Made by a program: the position numbers and the translations under genes. The notes beneath the pieces are model-generated. The model was given only the letters and a program-made list of their open reading frames with translations, was not told the origin of the DNA and ran no database searches. This document shows positions 61,793 to 64,000 of a stretch of 64,000 nt of DNA, one piece after another. Source of the DNA: an uncultured Gemmatimonadales bacterium (GTDB taxonomy: Bacteria > Gemmatimonadota > Gemmatimonadetes > Gemmatimonadales > GWC2-71-9); the NCBI GenBank assembly GCA_963844035.1, contig CAWJMT010000032.1, positions 1 through 64,000 of the forward strand, given 5' to 3'. Positions within the stretch are counted from its first letter, which is position 1, and the number at the start of each line of letters is the position of its first letter.

Positions 61793-63783
61793 CCGCCGCG
61801 CACCGCTCGGTCGTCATCCACGGTCACTTCTACCAGCCTCCCCGCGAAGATCCGTGGCTCGACGAAGTGGAGACCGAGCCGTCGGCGGCACCGTTTCACG
61901 ACTGGAACGAGCGGATCGAGCGGGAATGCTACCGCGCCGTGGTGGCCGCCCGCCGCTACGCCCCTGACGGACGGATCGCGAGCGTGGTCAATACGCTCGC
62001 ATCGATCAGCTTCAACTTCGGTCCGACGCTGCTCGAGTGGATGGAGCGGCACGCGCCCGCCACGTACGGCGCCGTGCTCGAAGCCGATCGCGTGAGCAGT
62101 GCCCGCCACGGCCACGGCGGCGCCATCGCCATGCCCTACCACCACGCCATTCTCCCCCTCGCCTCGCGGCGCGACAAAGTGACGGAGGTCCGCTGGGGGA
62201 TCGCCGACTTCCGGCGCCGCTTCGGGCGTGAGCCCGCCGGGATGTGGCTGCCCGAAACGGCCGTCGATGCGGAGACGCTCGATGTCCTCGCGGCCGAAGG
62301 GATCCGGTTCACCATTCTCGCGCCGCACCAGGTGGAACAGGCACCGGCCCATGGATCTCCCGGAACGTACCGCACCACCGGTGGCCGAACGATCGCGCTG
62401 TTCGTGTACGATGGCGGCATCTCGCACGACGTGGCGTTCGGCGGCTTGATTCGCAACGCGCAGCAGTGGGCGGAGCGGCTCCTCGCCCCCGACCGGGGTC
62501 GCCGCCTGGTGGCGGTCGCGACCGACGGGGAGACCTTCGGCCACCACCACCGTTTTGGAGAGGTGGCGCTGGCGTGGCTGCTGGGCGAGCTGGAGCGGCG
62601 CCACGCACGCGTCGAAAACTTCGCGGCGTTTCTCGCACGTCACCCGCCGGAGCAGGAGGTTCACATCGTCGCGCCCAGCGCCTGGAGCTGCCCGCATGGC
62701 GTGGAGCGATGGCGCGCCGACTGCGGCTGCCGGATCGCGCCCGAGCGTCCCACCAACCAGCGCTGGCGCGCCCCGCTGCGGCAGGGCCTGGATTGGCTCG
62801 CCGGCGAGCTGCACGCGGTGTTCGAGCGCGAGGGTCACGCCCTGCTCGGCGACCCCTGGGCGACGCGGGATGCCTACGGCAGCGTGGTCGCGAGCGATGG
62901 TACGGCGATCGGCCCCTGGCTGCGGGAGCGCATCCCTGCCCTCGGGAAGGGCGACGCCACGGTGCGAGCCAGAGAGCTGCTCGAGCTCGAGCGCAACGCA
63001 CTGCGGATGTTCACATCGTGTGGCTGGTTCTTCGACGACATCGCCGGAATCGAAGCGATGCAGGTGCTGCGCTACGCCGCGCGCGCCATCGAGCTGGCCG
63101 GAGCAGGCTCGGCACAACTCGAAGCCGGCCTGCTCGAGCGCCTGGCGAAGGCTGAGAGCAATGATCCCAGCGTCGGGAGCGGGCGCACGCTGTACCTCAC
63201 CAGTGTGAAGCCCAAGGTGCCGGCGCCGCTGCGGGTGGCCGCTGGATACGCTTGCTTACGTCACGTGACGGCCGAAGCGCAGGAGCAAGTCGGCGGCTAC
63301 GCAATCCAGAGCGAGGGAGACTGGCTGCAACTCACATCCCGCCGCACCGGGCGCGAGCACGCCGTTCGAGCCGCGGTGACGCGGGAGAGCGCCGGGCAGC
63401 TGACGATTGACGTGGCGTCGTCCGACACGCCGGCTCCGAGACGGCTGACGCTGGCCGATCTTCCCGAGCGCCAGCGGTTGGCCGTCACGGGGGCGCTGCG
63501 GCGTGAGATCATTGCGCGCCGCTTCACTCCGCCCGAGGTCGCGGAGTTGTCCACTGGTGCTGTGGACCTGCCCCACGTCGCGGGTCGCGCGCTGTTGCGA
63601 GCCGTGGGGGCGCTCGAGCACGACCGATCGAGCGACGGATCCAGCGCGGTCTGCGATCTCGCGGATCTGTTTTACCTGCTGCACCTGTCGATCCCCTTCG
63701 ACGTTCAAACCGCGTTCTATTCGCTAAGAGCGAAGGCTCCCCGTGAAGTGGCGCGGCGGCTCGGCTTCGCGGAGGGCGCCTAG
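61789..63783 (+). CDS. GH57 / DUF3536 domain protein
   Basis: HGHFYQPPREDPW, WLPETAV, ATDGETFGHH, WSCPHGVERW, MFTSCGWFFD. Confidence 0.9.
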   Translation: MTAAHRSVVIHGHFYQPPREDPWLDEVETEPSAAPFHDWNERIERECYRAVVAARRYAPDGRIASVVNTLASISFNFGPTLLEWMERHAPATYGAVLEADRVSSARHGHGGAIAMPYHHAILPLASRRDKVTEVRWGIADFRRRFGREPAGMWLPETAVDAETLDVLAAEGIRFTILAPHQVEQAPAHGSPGTYRTTGGRTIALFVYDGGISHDVAFGGLIRNAQQWAERLLAPDRGRRLVAVATDGETFGHHHRFGEVALAWLLGELERRHARVENFAAFLARHPPEQEVHIVAPSAWSCPHGVERWRADCGCRIAPERPTNQRWRAPLRQGLDWLAGELHAVFEREGHALLGDPWATRDAYGSVVASDGTAIGPWLRERIPALGKGDATVRARELLELERNALRMFTSCGWFFDDIAGIEAMQVLRYAARAIELAGAGSAQLEAGLLERLAKAESNDPSVGSGRTLYLTSVKPKVPAPLRVAAGYACLRHVTAEAQEQVGGYAIQSEGDWLQLTSRRTGREHAVRAAVTRESAGQLTIDVASSDTPAPRRLTLADLPERQRLAVTGALRREIIARRFTPPEVAELSTGAVDLPHVAGRALLRAVGALEHDRSSDGSSAVCDLADLFYLLHLSIPFDVQTAFYSLRAKAPREVARRLGFAEGA

Positions 63784-64000
63784 CTGGACCCGCTCCATTT
63801 CGTCTTCGGCGTCCACTTCCATCAGCCGGTGGGCAATTTCGATCACGTCTTCGAGCAGCACGTCCAGGACGTATATCGGCCGTTCCTCGAGCGTCTCCGC
63901 GAGCGGGAGTTCCTGCCGATCGCACTCCACATGTCGGGCCCGCTGCTCGAATGGCTGGAAGCCCACGACGGCGCGTACCTCGATCAGATCGGACGGCTCG
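63784..64000 (+). CDS. GH57 alpha-amylase/4-alpha-glucanotransferase (partial; not in ORF track)
   Basis: LDPLHFVFGVHFHQPVGNFDHVFE....VYRPFL...LHMSGPLLEWL; no standard start visible (CTG at 63784). Confidence 0.85.
   Translation, partial: MDPLHFVFGVHFHQPVGNFDHVFEQHVQDVYRPFLERLREREFLPIALHMSGPLLEWLEAHDGAYLDQIGRL

Noticed and set aside
125..63966. Many long antisense or alternate-frame ORFs in the track
   Set aside because: Arg/Pro/Ala-rich shadows of real high-GC genes with no recognisable motifs

Overview
High-GC bacterial chromosomal window, most likely Gemmatimonadota (inferred from gene content and protein style, not verified). Many otherwise intact genes are split by single-base indels, which looks like uncorrected long-read error, so several long ORFs in the supplied track are artefactual fusions. 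Content in order: TamB/TamA-like pair, FNR, PduO, aroB, a DnaA-box cluster in front of an RpoD/SigA-family sigma factor, a glcDEF-like operon, HAD, YgfZ, a duplicated Met-rich lipoprotein/cytochrome c pair, a Tat-exported GH38-like protein lacking the expected catalytic residues, outer-membrane proteins, two CHRD-like lipoproteins, an AAA+/VWA pair, Kgd-type E2-E1 2-oxoglutarate dehydrogenase, cydAB, YitJ-like HMT/MTHFR, ppc, M1 and M2 peptidases, a CPA2 antiporter, and a glgP-glgA-3xGH57 glycogen cluster. I saw no rRNA, tRNA, CRISPR array or transposase. Strongest leads: (1) the DnaA-box cluster at 7.45-7.69 kb (oriC or DnaA-controlled sigma promoter); (2) a family of 7-9 nt tandem-repeat hairpins, each locus with its own unit, at gene junctions and inside genes; (3) a promoter-to-N-terminus duplication giving a Met-rich lipopeptide and a Met-rich cytochrome c; (4) a probable GH38 pseudoenzyme; (5) a recurrent leaderless-promoter signature.
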